From: a virus
Reading direction: 5' to 3' (one strand)
DNA length: 64,000 bases
IMG/VR virus record: IMGVR_UViG_3300020171_000021
Coordinates: 2,972 to 66,971 of that record
Position numbers and translations under genes: made by a program. Each line of letters begins with the position of its first letter. Positions within the stretch are counted from its first letter, which is position 1. Positions 36,407 to 46,057 of this stretch are shown piece by piece. The notes under the pieces are model-generated. The model ran no database searches, was not told where the DNA came from, and worked only from the letters and a program-made list of their open reading frames with translations.

Positions 36407-38419
36407 ATGCTAAATATTGATGCTGAATTTAATGAATTATTGCTTGTCTTTAGACCAAACCCACGTGGACTGGGTGCAATAGGCGAATTTGGCGAATTTG
36501 GGTCAGCATTGGGAGAACTCTCTGCCGTTGAACAAGAAATACATGCACAGTGGAGAGGGATAGTTAAATCTGGATTGGGAGAATTGTCAGATATTACAGC
36601 GGATATTGCAGCAGCAAAAGCAGCAATTTCAAAAGCAACAGATATTGGTGGGCAAATAAATTCATTAAAAAGTAGAATTTCACGATTACAAAATAAAATT
36701 GCTAAAGTTAAAAATCCAGCAGCAAAAGCAAAAATTCAAAGTAGATTAACAGCAGCATTGCCACAATTAGCTATTGCAGAGGGCGCATATAATGCAATGA
36801 AATCAGTAGTAGGAGCCGCTACAGATTTTCTTAAAAATGCAGGTATAGCGGTTGAAGAAGCAAAAAAAGCAGTTGTTGAAACTGCTGGCAAAGCAAGAGA
36901 AAAAGCAATGGAAGTTGTTGGGAAGGCAAAAGAAATGGCTGTAGCTGCTGGAGAAAAAGTAAAAGCAGCAGCAGGTGCAGCAGCAGCAGCAGCAAAGGCA
37001 GCAGCGGTAAGAGTAAAAGCAGCAGCAGGTGCAGCAGCAGCAGCAGCAAAGGCAAAAGTTGCTCAAGTTGGTGTAAAAGCAAAAGCAGTTGCAGCGGCGG
37101 CGGCGGCAAGAGCGGCACAGATGGCGGCGGCAGCAAAGGCTGCAGCGGCTCAAAAGGTAGCCCAAGCAAGAGCAATGGCTGCCGCAGCAGCACAAAGAGT
37201 TCAACAAGCGGCAGCAGCAGCACGTGCGAGAGCAGCACAGATAGCAGCTCAAGCGGCGGCGACAGCAAGAGCTCGGGCACAAGCAGCAGCACAAAGAGTT
37301 CAACAAGCGGCAGCAGCAGCAGGTGCAGCAGCTGCGGCGGCGGCAGCAAGAGCAGCACAAGTAGCTGCGTCCGCACGTGCAGCAGCCGCAAGTGCAGCGT
37401 CAAAAGTTAAATCGTGGTTTGGATTTAAGGGACTTGAAGAATATAACGGACTTGGAGTAGTATTTACAGCTGGTGCAGCAACTCTTGCAATTACTGCAGC
37501 AATGGCAGCATTACAAATAGCCAATATGTATATTGGGCAAGGAGAAGCGGTTCCAGAAGATAGCACAGCAATTCCAGAAACTATCCCTATGGTAGAAATG
37601 GAAAAATATAAAGATGCGGCTGCTGATTGTTATAATTCTGCAGTAGCTCAAGGATATAAGGTTGATACTGCTGAAAAATCTGCATTGCTTGAAAAAACTT
37701 GCAGAGAAAGAGCAGCAGTACAATTTGCTGTACCATCTGATATGATTCCATATACAGGTACAGATTTAATAGATGAATTTGAAGTTCCTCCAGGATATAC
37801 TCCAGGAGTAGATTATCCAATTCAATTACCAGAAGGCGGCGGATGTTTTAGTTTATCTACAGGAATGCCGGAACCTTGCAGAGATGTGGAACCATATGTT
37901 CCTCCAGGAGGATATACACCAGGATATGATATTCCAACTGGAGATTATTATCCAGAGCAACCATTACCAGATGGAAGAAGAATTATTTATCCTACGCCAA
38001 GTGAACCAGGAATTTATGATGAATTTGAAACTTTAGTTCCGGGTATGGAACCAGTTCCAGGATATCCGCCAGGTATGCCAACAACCGTTCCAAGTTATCC
38101 TCCAGGTGTGACTCCATCATATCCAGGTTATGAACCAGGTATAACTCCATCTTATGAACCAGGAGCACCACCAACTTATGCACCAGGTGTAGAAATGCCA
38201 TCAGGTGTAGAATGTCCAGATTATCCAGATATGACTGATGCTGAATATTGTTCATATTTTCCACAATGTTGTGAAGACATTCCAGAGGGATGCCCAGATA
38301 TTCCAGATATGACCGATGACGAATATTGCGCAAACTTCCCACAATGTTGTGAAGAAGCAGGTGAAGCAGAAACTGGTAAATCACCTTGGGAATTTGACAC
38401 AGGCATATTTGGGTTTTGA
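36407..38419 (+). CDS. Large low-complexity putative virion protein
   Basis: Ala-rich coiled coil, hydrophobic segment, Pro/Gly/Tyr repeats and two CPDxPxMxDxEYCxxxPxCC repeats. Confidence 0.8.
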   Translation: MLNIDAEFNELLLVFRPNPRGLGAIGEFGEFGSALGELSAVEQEIHAQWRGIVKSGLGELSDITADIAAAKAAISKATDIGGQINSLKSRISRLQNKIAKVKNPAAKAKIQSRLTAALPQLAIAEGAYNAMKSVVGAATDFLKNAGIAVEEAKKAVVETAGKAREKAMEVVGKAKEMAVAAGEKVKAAAGAAAAAAKAAAVRVKAAAGAAAAAAKAKVAQVGVKAKAVAAAAAARAAQMAAAAKAAAAQKVAQARAMAAAAAQRVQQAAAAARARAAQIAAQAAATARARAQAAAQRVQQAAAAAGAAAAAAAARAAQVAASARAAAASAASKVKSWFGFKGLEEYNGLGVVFTAGAATLAITAAMAALQIANMYIGQGEAVPEDSTAIPETIPMVEMEKYKDAAADCYNSAVAQGYKVDTAEKSALLEKTCRERAAVQFAVPSDMIPYTGTDLIDEFEVPPGYTPGVDYPIQLPEGGGCFSLSTGMPEPCRDVEPYVPPGGYTPGYDIPTGDYYPEQPLPDGRRIIYPTPSEPGIYDEFETLVPGMEPVPGYPPGMPTTVPSYPPGVTPSYPGYEPGITPSYEPGAPPTYAPGVEMPSGVECPDYPDMTDAEYCSYFPQCCEDIPEGCPDIPDMTDDEYCANFPQCCEEAGEAETGKSPWEFDTGIFGF

Positions 38420-38425
38420 GGAATT

Positions 38426-38875
38426 ATGACAAAAATACTATACAATAGAGCAGCAAAAACTTTTATGGATGCTATTAGCGCAGGATTTGACGAAGATGGT
38501 GCTTATGAAAAAGTAAAGAAGAAGCACGGAAAAGTATTAGCAGATGCGGTTTATGCTGAGGCATTAACTGAAATGAAGGCGATGAAGAAAAATCCACGCG
38601 AAAGACTCGACGTTGTTAAGAATCAAAAAGGTGTAATAAGAATAAATCCAGCCCAATTAAGTATTCTTGTTGACGCACATCGGTCAAAATCAGGATTTTG
38701 GTATGCAAAATCTGAAACCCAGTCAATGAACGCAGCAAAATTAGCATCGAAAGATATGCTTAAACGGGTTCCAAACCAAAATCGCGAAGGATATAAATTA
38801 ACTGATAAAGGTAAATCACTATTAGAAAGATTTTTAAAATCAGTTCATCAATCAGGAAAAATAAGAAGAGATTAA
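38426..38875 (+). CDS. Basic NP-motif protein with winged helix
   Basis: KKNPR; YKLTDKGK wing motif. Confidence 0.7.
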   Translation: MTKILYNRAAKTFMDAISAGFDEDGAYEKVKKKHGKVLADAVYAEALTEMKAMKKNPRERLDVVKNQKGVIRINPAQLSILVDAHRSKSGFWYAKSETQSMNAAKLASKDMLKRVPNQNREGYKLTDKGKSLLERFLKSVHQSGKIRRD

Positions 38876-38876
38876 C

Positions 38877-39101
38877 ATGGCAGCACAGAAAAACTACAGC
38901 AAATACATAGAGTCCGCAATTCGTGAATCTGAAGAACGTGATATACCCACAATACTAAGTAAAACTGGAGTTATAAACAGAAAAGAACTTATAAAATTTT
39001 TAAATCACGAAGTTAATCTTGCAAAAAAACCTGCAAAAAAAGGAGACGCTTATTCAGCAGGATATATGGATGCAATGAAGTCAGTTAGAGAATTTATTTA
39101 A
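38877..39101 (+). CDS. Hypothetical protein
   Basis: Tightly packed ORF in the operon. Confidence 0.65.
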   Translation: MAAQKNYSKYIESAIRESEERDIPTILSKTGVINRKELIKFLNHEVNLAKKPAKKGDAYSAGYMDAMKSVREFI

Positions 39102-39104
39102 AGA

Positions 39105-40193
39105 ATGATTAACATGGCAGCAAAAAGAAGAGATTATTTTAAATTAAAAGGTAGTGAAGCCTTTCAAGTAGACAGGACTGGGGCTCCATTAGGCGAGCTT
39201 GGAATATCAATACCAAGTCTAACAGATTTAACAAATTTTTTGTCAAATGCAAAGAAAGTTTTGTCAGACACCACAAAATTGGGTGCAAGATTACAAAATA
39301 TAAGAAACGCAATCGGTAAAATAAAAACCACCAGTGTTCGAAATAATATTGCGCAGAGATTTGCATCTGCGTCTGCAAAATTTACCACAATTTCAAAGCA
39401 ACTTGATATTATACGAAAAGCTTATTCTGCTGCCGTTAATATAATCAATTCTATAAAAGGTGCGGTTGGACTTAGAGGATTACGTGGAAACGGACTTGGA
39501 CTGTCTCCACAAGCACTTGCATTAATTCCTACAGTTATAAAAGGAATATCAGTTCTTGCCATTGCAGTTGGAGCAATATACACCATAAATAATTATCTTA
39601 GTATGGTTGAAAAGGATATTGCAAAACAGATTCAAATAGAACAAATTACAGCGGCTAGAGAGAAAGAAGCAACACAGGCAGATATTTATAGACACCAGCA
39701 AGAGGCAATTTATGAATATCAGGTACAGCAGCCCGCCGTATCAGAATGTCCGGATTTGCCGCAAATGAGCGATGCTGAATATTGTGCAAGATATCCAAAC
39801 TGCTGTGAAGCTGCGCCAGAGTGTCCAGATTTACCGCAGATGAGTGACGAAGAGTATTGTGCTAGATATCCAGATTGCTGTGAAGCTGCAGAAGGCGGGG
39901 GATTTTGGGGTCTTAGTGGAAGAGACCAGAGATGGGATAATGTTCCGCATGTAAGACGCATCGGTGTAAAGATGGCAGGACTTTCAGCAAGGAATAGGAT
40001 GTATGATAATAAACCCGAACATCAAGTCGCAAGAATTCAAGGACTTGGGTCATCGTCAGACCAGAACAGAATGAATCGCAGAAAGATGGGACTTGAGAAA
40101 GCAAGAGACCAGAGATGGGATGTCTTAAGACAAGCACGGCTCAGCGGAATATTCCAGCAACTAAAGAAAGCAATGACAGAGGCAGGTATTTAA
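39105..40193 (+). CDS. Paralog of 36407: putative membrane-associated virion protein
   Basis: Same order of GELG, coiled coil, GLG plus hydrophobic helix, and two CPDLPQMSDxEYCARYPxCC repeats. Confidence 0.8.
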   Translation: MINMAAKRRDYFKLKGSEAFQVDRTGAPLGELGISIPSLTDLTNFLSNAKKVLSDTTKLGARLQNIRNAIGKIKTTSVRNNIAQRFASASAKFTTISKQLDIIRKAYSAAVNIINSIKGAVGLRGLRGNGLGLSPQALALIPTVIKGISVLAIAVGAIYTINNYLSMVEKDIAKQIQIEQITAAREKEATQADIYRHQQEAIYEYQVQQPAVSECPDLPQMSDAEYCARYPNCCEAAPECPDLPQMSDEEYCARYPDCCEAAEGGGFWGLSGRDQRWDNVPHVRRIGVKMAGLSARNRMYDNKPEHQVARIQGLGSSSDQNRMNRRKMGLEKARDQRWDVLRQARLSGIFQQLKKAMTEAGI

Positions 40194-40194
40194 C

Positions 40195-40392
40195 ATGACA
40201 ACAAAAATAATAAAAATCACGCATAAACAATTTGATGCGTTGCATGAGGCTATGTTTTCTGATAGATATTTAATACAGAGTCAATCAGACCGTAGAACCG
40301 CGAAAACTTTGGAAACAAAAGGACTTTTGAAAGAAAGTAAACAAAGAGATGATGTATATCATCTAACTGTTAAAGGAAAAACACTTTTTTAA
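40195..40392 (+). CDS. Small winged-helix protein
   Basis: LETKGLL...YHLTVKG. Confidence 0.65.
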   Translation: MTTKIIKITHKQFDALHEAMFSDRYLIQSQSDRRTAKTLETKGLLKESKQRDDVYHLTVKGKTLF

Positions 40393-40449
40393 AAAGTATT
40401 TTCCAAAAAGTATTCCGAGGAATAAATAATTATAGAACCAGGATTTAAT

Positions 40450-40809
40450 ATGGCAAGAATTTTAGCACAGAATCCAATTGAAGCAGCACTTTATGAAATG
40501 GAACATCTTGGGCTTGGTGATATTGGTGTGCTTGTTAGAAAAACAACTGCACCAACATCAAGACGAAAAACTGCAGCAGTAACAAGAATTCTTCCAGCAG
40601 GCGGAGTAGGTGCAAAACCAAGAACAGCAGCAGAGATTCAGCTGGAATCAGAACGCATCAAAGCAGAGACGGTGTCAAAAACTCAACCATCGCTTATTGA
40701 GTCTACAATGCAACCTTTTATTCAACTTGGCATGATAGGCATTGGCGCCATTCTTGCAGTGAACTTGCTTCCCCCGATTCTTGAAGCAATAAGTAAAAAG
40801 AGGAATTAA
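40450..40809 (+). CDS. Membrane-anchored basic protein
   Basis: NP and GLG motifs; C-terminal TM. Confidence 0.7.
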   Translation: MARILAQNPIEAALYEMEHLGLGDIGVLVRKTTAPTSRRKTAAVTRILPAGGVGAKPRTAAEIQLESERIKAETVSKTQPSLIESTMQPFIQLGMIGIGAILAVNLLPPILEAISKKRN

Positions 40810-40810
40810 A

Positions 40811-41113
40811 ATGAAACTTTTAAACATGCTAATTTCAGCATTTAATGAAATAGATGGAACAGCTCCAGAATATAGAGCTGCAGTGTATGGTAATGGCAGA
40901 TTGGGAGCAATAAGTCCAGCTGATATGTATAAACAATACCAAACAAGAACACAATTTAAAATGCCTTCTATTTGGGGAACAGCAAAAAAAGTAATCAGTG
41001 CACCATTTAAAAAATTCCAGGAAAGACAATCTGCAAAAAAGAAAACAAGAGGAACATATCCGTCCTTACCAGTAACCATTTTGCCGAGAAGCAGAAGCAG
41101 AAATAGAAGGTAA
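40811..41113 (+). CDS. Basic protein
   Basis: Arg/Lys-rich C-terminus; RLGAIS. Confidence 0.65.
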   Translation: MKLLNMLISAFNEIDGTAPEYRAAVYGNGRLGAISPADMYKQYQTRTQFKMPSIWGTAKKVISAPFKKFQERQSAKKKTRGTYPSLPVTILPRSRSRNRR

Positions 41114-41116
41114 AAC

Positions 41117-41395
41117 ATGAGTAAATTTTTAAAAAATTTTATAAAATCTGTTGAAAATTTTAATATAATGTTATCAAAAGATGACGGTGGTAAATTATTA
41201 AAAAAAAATATCAGAAATGTTATTGCACAACGGTCTGAAGAAGAAGAAGATGGTGCCAAACAATATGATAAATATGCACAAGAATTAAAAGATTATGGTG
41301 CACCAACAGAAATAGTAAACGCGTTTCGTTTGATGGCATTAGATGAATTTCAACATCATTTTATTTTAAATAGATTACTTTATGGATTAAAATAA
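41117..41395 (+). CDS. Half-ferritin/rubrerythrin-like protein
   Basis: EEEDGAKQY...DEFQH (ExxH) helix pair. Confidence 0.6.
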   Translation: MSKFLKNFIKSVENFNIMLSKDDGGKLLKKNIRNVIAQRSEEEEDGAKQYDKYAQELKDYGAPTEIVNAFRLMALDEFQHHFILNRLLYGLK

Positions 41396-41650
41396 ATGCC
41401 AGAAAATCTCTATAAGCGGTTTCATCATAAAAATCCAGACCGAGTTCAAAAACTTGAATTTGAAGTTCCAAAAGAACTTACTCGGCTTGGTGTTATTACT
41501 GCCATAGAGTATAAAGCCACTCCTCCATCAAAATTTACTGAAGGAACATATCGTCATGAATTTAAGAAGCCAAAATTACTTGCAGCAGATAAGAATGGCG
41601 TTCTATATGTTATAAAAGTAAAAATAACCAAACGGGGGATTGAAGGTTAA
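41396..41650 (+). CDS. Hypothetical basic protein
   Basis: YKRFHHKNP...YRHEF...ITKRGIEG. Confidence 0.7.
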   Translation: MPENLYKRFHHKNPDRVQKLEFEVPKELTRLGVITAIEYKATPPSKFTEGTYRHEFKKPKLLAADKNGVLYVIKVKITKRGIEG

Positions 41651-42024
41651 TGTTTAAATTTTTCAAAAAAACAAAACCAAAACCTGAGCCTGTTCGACTT
41701 GAAGACCTAATCATAAAAACAAGACAAGTTCGTCCTGGTGTATGGCGTGATAATCCCAGAAAAACTGGCTATACTGAACAGCCATCAGAAAAAGATTGGA
41801 AAGAATTTGATGCATATGAAAAAAGAATAGAAGCACGTCACGCTCAAATAAAACAAAATCCCAGATTAAAAGGTCATCATAAAATTTATATTATTCGAAC
41901 AATGGCCGGTATTCCACTTGGGGCATACGGCGGTCTTGAACTTACAAAAAAATATGCTCAGAAATGGGCAGATAGAACAAATGAACAAATAGCAATTGAC
42001 GTTATGACGGTGCCAAAGAAATGA
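41650..42024 (+). CDS. NP-motif protein
   Basis: RDNPRK and KQNPRL. Confidence 0.7.
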   Translation: MFKFFKKTKPKPEPVRLEDLIIKTRQVRPGVWRDNPRKTGYTEQPSEKDWKEFDAYEKRIEARHAQIKQNPRLKGHHKIYIIRTMAGIPLGAYGGLELTKKYAQKWADRTNEQIAIDVMTVPKK

Positions 42025-42527
42025 CAATACAAGAAGACAGCACAAAACATTATCCTGGATTTAAAGGCGGCGCAAAACGTCCAACGTATGAATTCAGATA
42101 CATAAAAGTTCCTGGTGGGCATAATCACATAAAAGATGAACCTGGATTGTCCACTTTTGTTAAAACAAAATATACGATTACATTCACGTATTACGGCAAA
42201 AAGAAAAAGCAGGTAGTTTGGGCAAAGGATGAAAAAGAAGCATTTGAAATGATAAATGACCTTTATCCAGGAATCAAGGGGTCATTGAAGAAAAATCCAC
42301 GTGGCGCCGGTATTCCGATTAATTCAATGCAACTTGACTTAATGGTAAATGCACATAAACAAAAAGCAGTTTATACAGATAATAACAAAGAAAGAATTGC
42401 AATGATACGACTGGTTATTAGTGGACTTATGTGCCCAACCGATAAAGAAGGAGACATATATAAACTTACTTCACATGGAAAAAAATTATTAATTGAATAT
42501 CTTAAAGAACAGGAGAAATACACATGA
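42021..42527 (+). CDS. NP-motif protein with winged helix
   Basis: KKNPRG; YKLTSHGK. C-terminal half resembles that of 38426. Confidence 0.7.
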   Translation: MTIQEDSTKHYPGFKGGAKRPTYEFRYIKVPGGHNHIKDEPGLSTFVKTKYTITFTYYGKKKKQVVWAKDEKEAFEMINDLYPGIKGSLKKNPRGAGIPINSMQLDLMVNAHKQKAVYTDNNKERIAMIRLVISGLMCPTDKEGDIYKLTSHGKKLLIEYLKEQEKYT

Positions 42528-43294
42528 TTCATCAGGGAATAACAATTCTTGACCAAAATTTAAAACCATGTGATTCTATAGGAATTGGCGGAGATTGGAA
42601 AGTAAAAATTTTAGACAAGATTGTCAATTGGGCTAAAAATCAGGATACAAAAATTGTGTCAGTGGTAAGACTTGTTCATCCAGGAGAAGCGGCAGCATTT
42701 GGTGTTGATGATACTATTAGTATTGGAACTCAAGGGACAGGAACTGTAAAATTTGGAATTTGGAAAGTATATGGCGATGTGTCAACAATTCCAAAAGGTA
42801 ATCCTAGACTTACTCAGGAGGAATTACATAAAAAATATTTAAATGTTGCAAAAGATTATTATATTAAGGCTTCTGATGTGAAAAGATGGGAGAAAATAAA
42901 AAAACAATCATATCGTCCATTTACTCCAAATACTCATTATATTCCATTTACTAAATCAAATCCCAGAAAGAAAGAAATGAACATGGGTGCACCTGATAAA
43001 AAAGCTTCACTGTCAAAAATATTAGATGAAATTGACGAAACGCCAAATGAATATAGATTCAGAATGATGCCACCAAGTAAATTCCACGAAGATAGTCTCA
43101 AATACGGCAGCAAATCAATTACCACAGGCGTCCGTGCAATTTATGGATGTTTAAAAGATGCATGGGCACCACGATTACAAAAATGTAAAAAAGGCATGGT
43201 TATGCAGTCATTACGATTAAGCAAAGATGTATTTCATTCAGCAACTGAAGCAGCAGGATGGATTGCAAAACATACAAAACCCAGGAGAGAATAA
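42524..43294 (+). CDS. Multidomain NP-motif protein
   Basis: KGNPRL and KSNPRK separate apparent domains. Confidence 0.7.
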   Translation: MIHQGITILDQNLKPCDSIGIGGDWKVKILDKIVNWAKNQDTKIVSVVRLVHPGEAAAFGVDDTISIGTQGTGTVKFGIWKVYGDVSTIPKGNPRLTQEELHKKYLNVAKDYYIKASDVKRWEKIKKQSYRPFTPNTHYIPFTKSNPRKKEMNMGAPDKKASLSKILDEIDETPNEYRFRMMPPSKFHEDSLKYGSKSITTGVRAIYGCLKDAWAPRLQKCKKGMVMQSLRLSKDVFHSATEAAGWIAKHTKPRRE

Positions 43295-43296
43295 TT

Positions 43297-43533
43297 ATGT
43301 CAAAATTTAATCAAGCAATATTTGTCGGTGGAGCGTTAGGCGCACTTGTTGTTATCTTAGGATATGCAGCAATAAAAGACTATAAAAATTATCGCAATCA
43401 GCCTCCATTAACAACAGTATCGAGATTTGGAAATAAATCCAGATTTGCATTAGATGGATTGGGAGTAGGAAAAAGTTATACCTTCCCAAGAAATTCAATG
43501 CCGGTAGACCCAACATTTGTGAAAGAGGTTTAA
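43297..43533 (+). CDS. Small membrane protein
   Basis: N-terminal TM; LDGLG motif. Confidence 0.65.
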   Translation: MSKFNQAIFVGGALGALVVILGYAAIKDYKNYRNQPPLTTVSRFGNKSRFALDGLGVGKSYTFPRNSMPVDPTFVKEV

Positions 43534-43601
43534 ATTCTTTAGTTTTTACCAAAAGGTTATAAACCACAAAAAGAAAATAGTATCATATAAACAGAGGAAA
43601 A

Positions 43602-43832
43602 ATGTCAGAATTACCATTAAAGCATTATATTATCTTAGCCGGATTGTTGTTTACAGTAGGTATAGCTACTAATTTAATTGGTGCATATGCTTGGAATACG
43701 TATTTGAATAAACAAAAAGAAAAAACAATCATAGCAAAATTAACAGCTATTCGTGCAGCGCAAATAAGAAAAGGGAATAGTTATACCGCAGCACATTCAG
43801 CAAGAATTATAGAAGGAGATAGGCGATATTAA
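43602..43832 (+). CDS. Small membrane protein
   Basis: N-terminal TM and basic tail; TATA and GAGG upstream. Confidence 0.65.
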   Translation: MSELPLKHYIILAGLLFTVGIATNLIGAYAWNTYLNKQKEKTIIAKLTAIRAAQIRKGNSYTAAHSARIIEGDRRY

Positions 43833-43984
43833 TGACTGACACTAAATCTTTTCTCTGGGTATTTATACTTGGACTTGGAAGTGCTTTTTTAGCAAATCAT
43901 GTTTATCAGACGTATGTAATTGACAAACCAGTAACCAAAAAACAAATTGCAGATACTATGGATAGAAAACTTAAGGTGGTTTAA
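43832..43984 (+). CDS. 50-aa membrane protein (not in ORF track)
   Basis: MTDTKSFLWVFILGLGSAFLAN... fills the gap exactly. Confidence 0.6.
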   Translation: MTDTKSFLWVFILGLGSAFLANHVYQTYVIDKPVTKKQIADTMDRKLKVV

Positions 43985-44236
43985 ATGTCAAAAATTCTTA
44001 ATGAACTAAGACACGTAACTAATACAGACCTAAAGAAAATAGAACACATAATGAAAAAAGATATTGACGTTCTTGAAGAGATGAGCGAACGAGACCACGC
44101 GTGGAGCAAAAATTTAGAAAAAGTTGGCTACAAAGATTTAGCTAAATTTTACAAAGGGTTAGCAGAAAAAGCCACAGAATTATCAGAAGAGTACATATCA
44201 CTTCAAGTTGAAATTGATGAAAGAAAGGAAATGTAG
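43985..44236 (+). CDS. Helical hypothetical protein
   Basis: Coupled ORF with a helix-hairpin pattern. Confidence 0.6.
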   Translation: MSKILNELRHVTNTDLKKIEHIMKKDIDVLEEMSERDHAWSKNLEKVGYKDLAKFYKGLAEKATELSEEYISLQVEIDERKEM

Positions 44237-44245
44237 GTGACTACC

Positions 44246-44368
44246 ATGGGTAAGAAAATCGGCGAAGAGAAAATCAAAAAGAAAGATGGATATATCTATT
44301 ATGTAGGTAAAGATGGATACGTCCACGAAGCAAAGATGAATAGAAAAGGAAGAAAGAAGGGAACTTAA
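44246..44368 (+). CDS. 40-aa CC1-like chromatin/DNA-binding protein (not in ORF track)
   Basis: KIKKKDGYIYYVGKDGYVHEAKM resembles the CC1 repeat unit; AGGTGA RBS. Confidence 0.6.
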   Translation: MGKKIGEEKIKKKDGYIYYVGKDGYVHEAKMNRKGRKKGT

Positions 44369-44527
44369 ATGAAACTAGATTTAATAAACATGGCCGCTCT
44401 CGGTATCATATCATATCTTGGATATAAAGCATTCTCAGAAGGTATTCCGTCAGACCAGATGGCACAAAGTGTTACTGCAGCACCCGCAATGGTTCGTAAA
44501 GTTGTAAGACGACGGGTCAGCGCATAA
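44369..44527 (+). CDS. 52-aa membrane protein (not in ORF track)
   Basis: MKLDLINMAALGIISYLGYKAF...RKVVRRR. Confidence 0.6.
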   Translation: MKLDLINMAALGIISYLGYKAFSEGIPSDQMAQSVTAAPAMVRKVVRRRVSA

Positions 44528-44558
44528 ATTAAATTTTGAAAACGGAGAAAGACCCCGT

Positions 44559-44873
44559 ATGGACTCAGCAAAAATATTAGAAAAACTTTCAAATGATATG
44601 TCAACAGTAACCGCTGGAATGACAGACATGAGAGCGGAGTTAGGGGTCGTGTCAACAAAAGTTGACCATTCGATTGAAATTCACGAAACCATTTGTAAAT
44701 ATCATGAGTCACAATTTAAAACTCATGACGAACAAATAGAACAATTGCAAAAAGACCAAAAAGACATAAATCAATCTATGTCGGCTTCCGCGGGGGCATT
44801 AAAATTAAGTTCTTGGCTCGTTGCAACGGTGATTACCCTAGTTGGTATTTATATTGCATTTGTTCCTAAATGA
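44559..44873 (+). CDS. Coiled-coil protein with C-terminal TM
   Basis: Heptad pattern followed by WLVATVITLVGIYIAF. Confidence 0.7.
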   Translation: MDSAKILEKLSNDMSTVTAGMTDMRAELGVVSTKVDHSIEIHETICKYHESQFKTHDEQIEQLQKDQKDINQSMSASAGALKLSSWLVATVITLVGIYIAFVPK

Positions 44874-44910
44874 TTAAATACTTGGCATACATATAAAGAG
44901 ATAAGAAGAA

Positions 44911-45153
44911 ATGGCAGCATACGACGAAGAAATTGCAAGAAATCTTTACGGTTTACAAGAAATGATTCAATGTCAATCAAAGCCAGCTTCTGCACCTGTT
45001 TCGGTTATGAGAACAATGCCAAGACAAGGGCAGAGTGTCGGAATTTCTGATGGAACTGTTGTAAAGTTTGCAATGATTGTTGGAATAATGGTCGTTGCAT
45101 ATATGATGATAAAAGGTTCATCAAATTATTCTCATCAAGGTAGAAGAAATTAA
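44911..45153 (+). CDS. Small membrane protein
   Basis: C-terminal TM. Confidence 0.65.
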   Translation: MAAYDEEIARNLYGLQEMIQCQSKPASAPVSVMRTMPRQGQSVGISDGTVVKFAMIVGIMVVAYMMIKGSSNYSHQGRRN

Positions 45154-45161
45154 AATAAAAG

Positions 45162-45719
45162 GTGATTATTATTGTAGCATCGGTCAGGGTCAAAGAAATT
45201 AACGGAGCAGCTCCAGGAACATTTGCAACAATTACAACTGCAAGATTTGCAACAATGGATTCAAACAATCCAGGAATATCAAATCCTATTCCTATTCCTA
45301 CAACAGGAGTTAGACGCGCATATAAAAAAGCATTTGCTCTTGCATTTGCAGGAACTTTCACACAAATAAATAATGTGACTATTTATACAGATGGCACTGA
45401 CTTCGGGACAGGAATTCTTACATTGATAGGTTCAAATGTAGGGGCAGGATGTCATGTACTTGGTTCATATAGAGCCGCATTAGGACAGTTAGGAGTTGAC
45501 GGGTCACTTTTAACGTATGCAAGACAGGCAGGTAGTGTAATTACAGGAACGGGTTCATTCTTTACATATACATCTGGGGCTAAAAAACTTGTTGGTTCAC
45601 AGATATTTGCAGCTGCAGGAACCACAAGGTTTGTTGCATTGCAATTAAAAGTAGGGTCAAATGCAGTGCAAGGTGTTCTTTCAAGTGAGACAATAACTTT
45701 TACGTATGACGAAATTTGA
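45162..45719 (+). CDS. Beta-rich putative virion protein
   Basis: Gly/Thr-rich beta pattern ending FTYDEI. Confidence 0.6.
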   Translation: MIIIVASVRVKEINGAAPGTFATITTARFATMDSNNPGISNPIPIPTTGVRRAYKKAFALAFAGTFTQINNVTIYTDGTDFGTGILTLIGSNVGAGCHVLGSYRAALGQLGVDGSLLTYARQAGSVITGTGSFFTYTSGAKKLVGSQIFAAAGTTRFVALQLKVGSNAVQGVLSSETITFTYDEI

Positions 45720-45727
45720 GGTGAATC

Positions 45728-46057
45728 ATGAAAGGGTTTGATTCACTTGCATATATTTGGTTAGCAGAATATCGCGATGGTGCAATATTAAAACAATTTG
45801 AAATTGATGGAAAAGAACATCTTTTTTCTGAAGTTGACCAATTAAAATTAAAAAGATTTGGATGGATTCCAGTTGACTCTAGTTTAAAGCCAATCAGTAT
45901 TTCTCTTAATGAAGGAGATAAATTAATTTGTTATAGAAAGAATTTTCTTTCTTTTATGACTGGTGCTCAAAGTGTAGTATTCGTTCTTGGAAAAATAGGA
46001 CATCCATTAATTTGGATATTTGCAGATGAAATTGTAATTACAGAGGAAAATATATGA
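45728..46057 (+). CDS. Hypothetical protein
   Basis: GAGGTGA RBS. Confidence 0.7.
   Translation: MKGFDSLAYIWLAEYRDGAILKQFEIDGKEHLFSEVDQLKLKRFGWIPVDSSLKPISISLNEGDKLICYRKNFLSFMTGAQSVVFVLGKIGHPLIWIFADEIVITEENI

Noticed and set aside
36803-37566. Minus-strand poly-Cys, poly-Leu and poly-Ala ORFs
   Set aside because: They are antisense shadows of the GCA-rich 670-aa gene.
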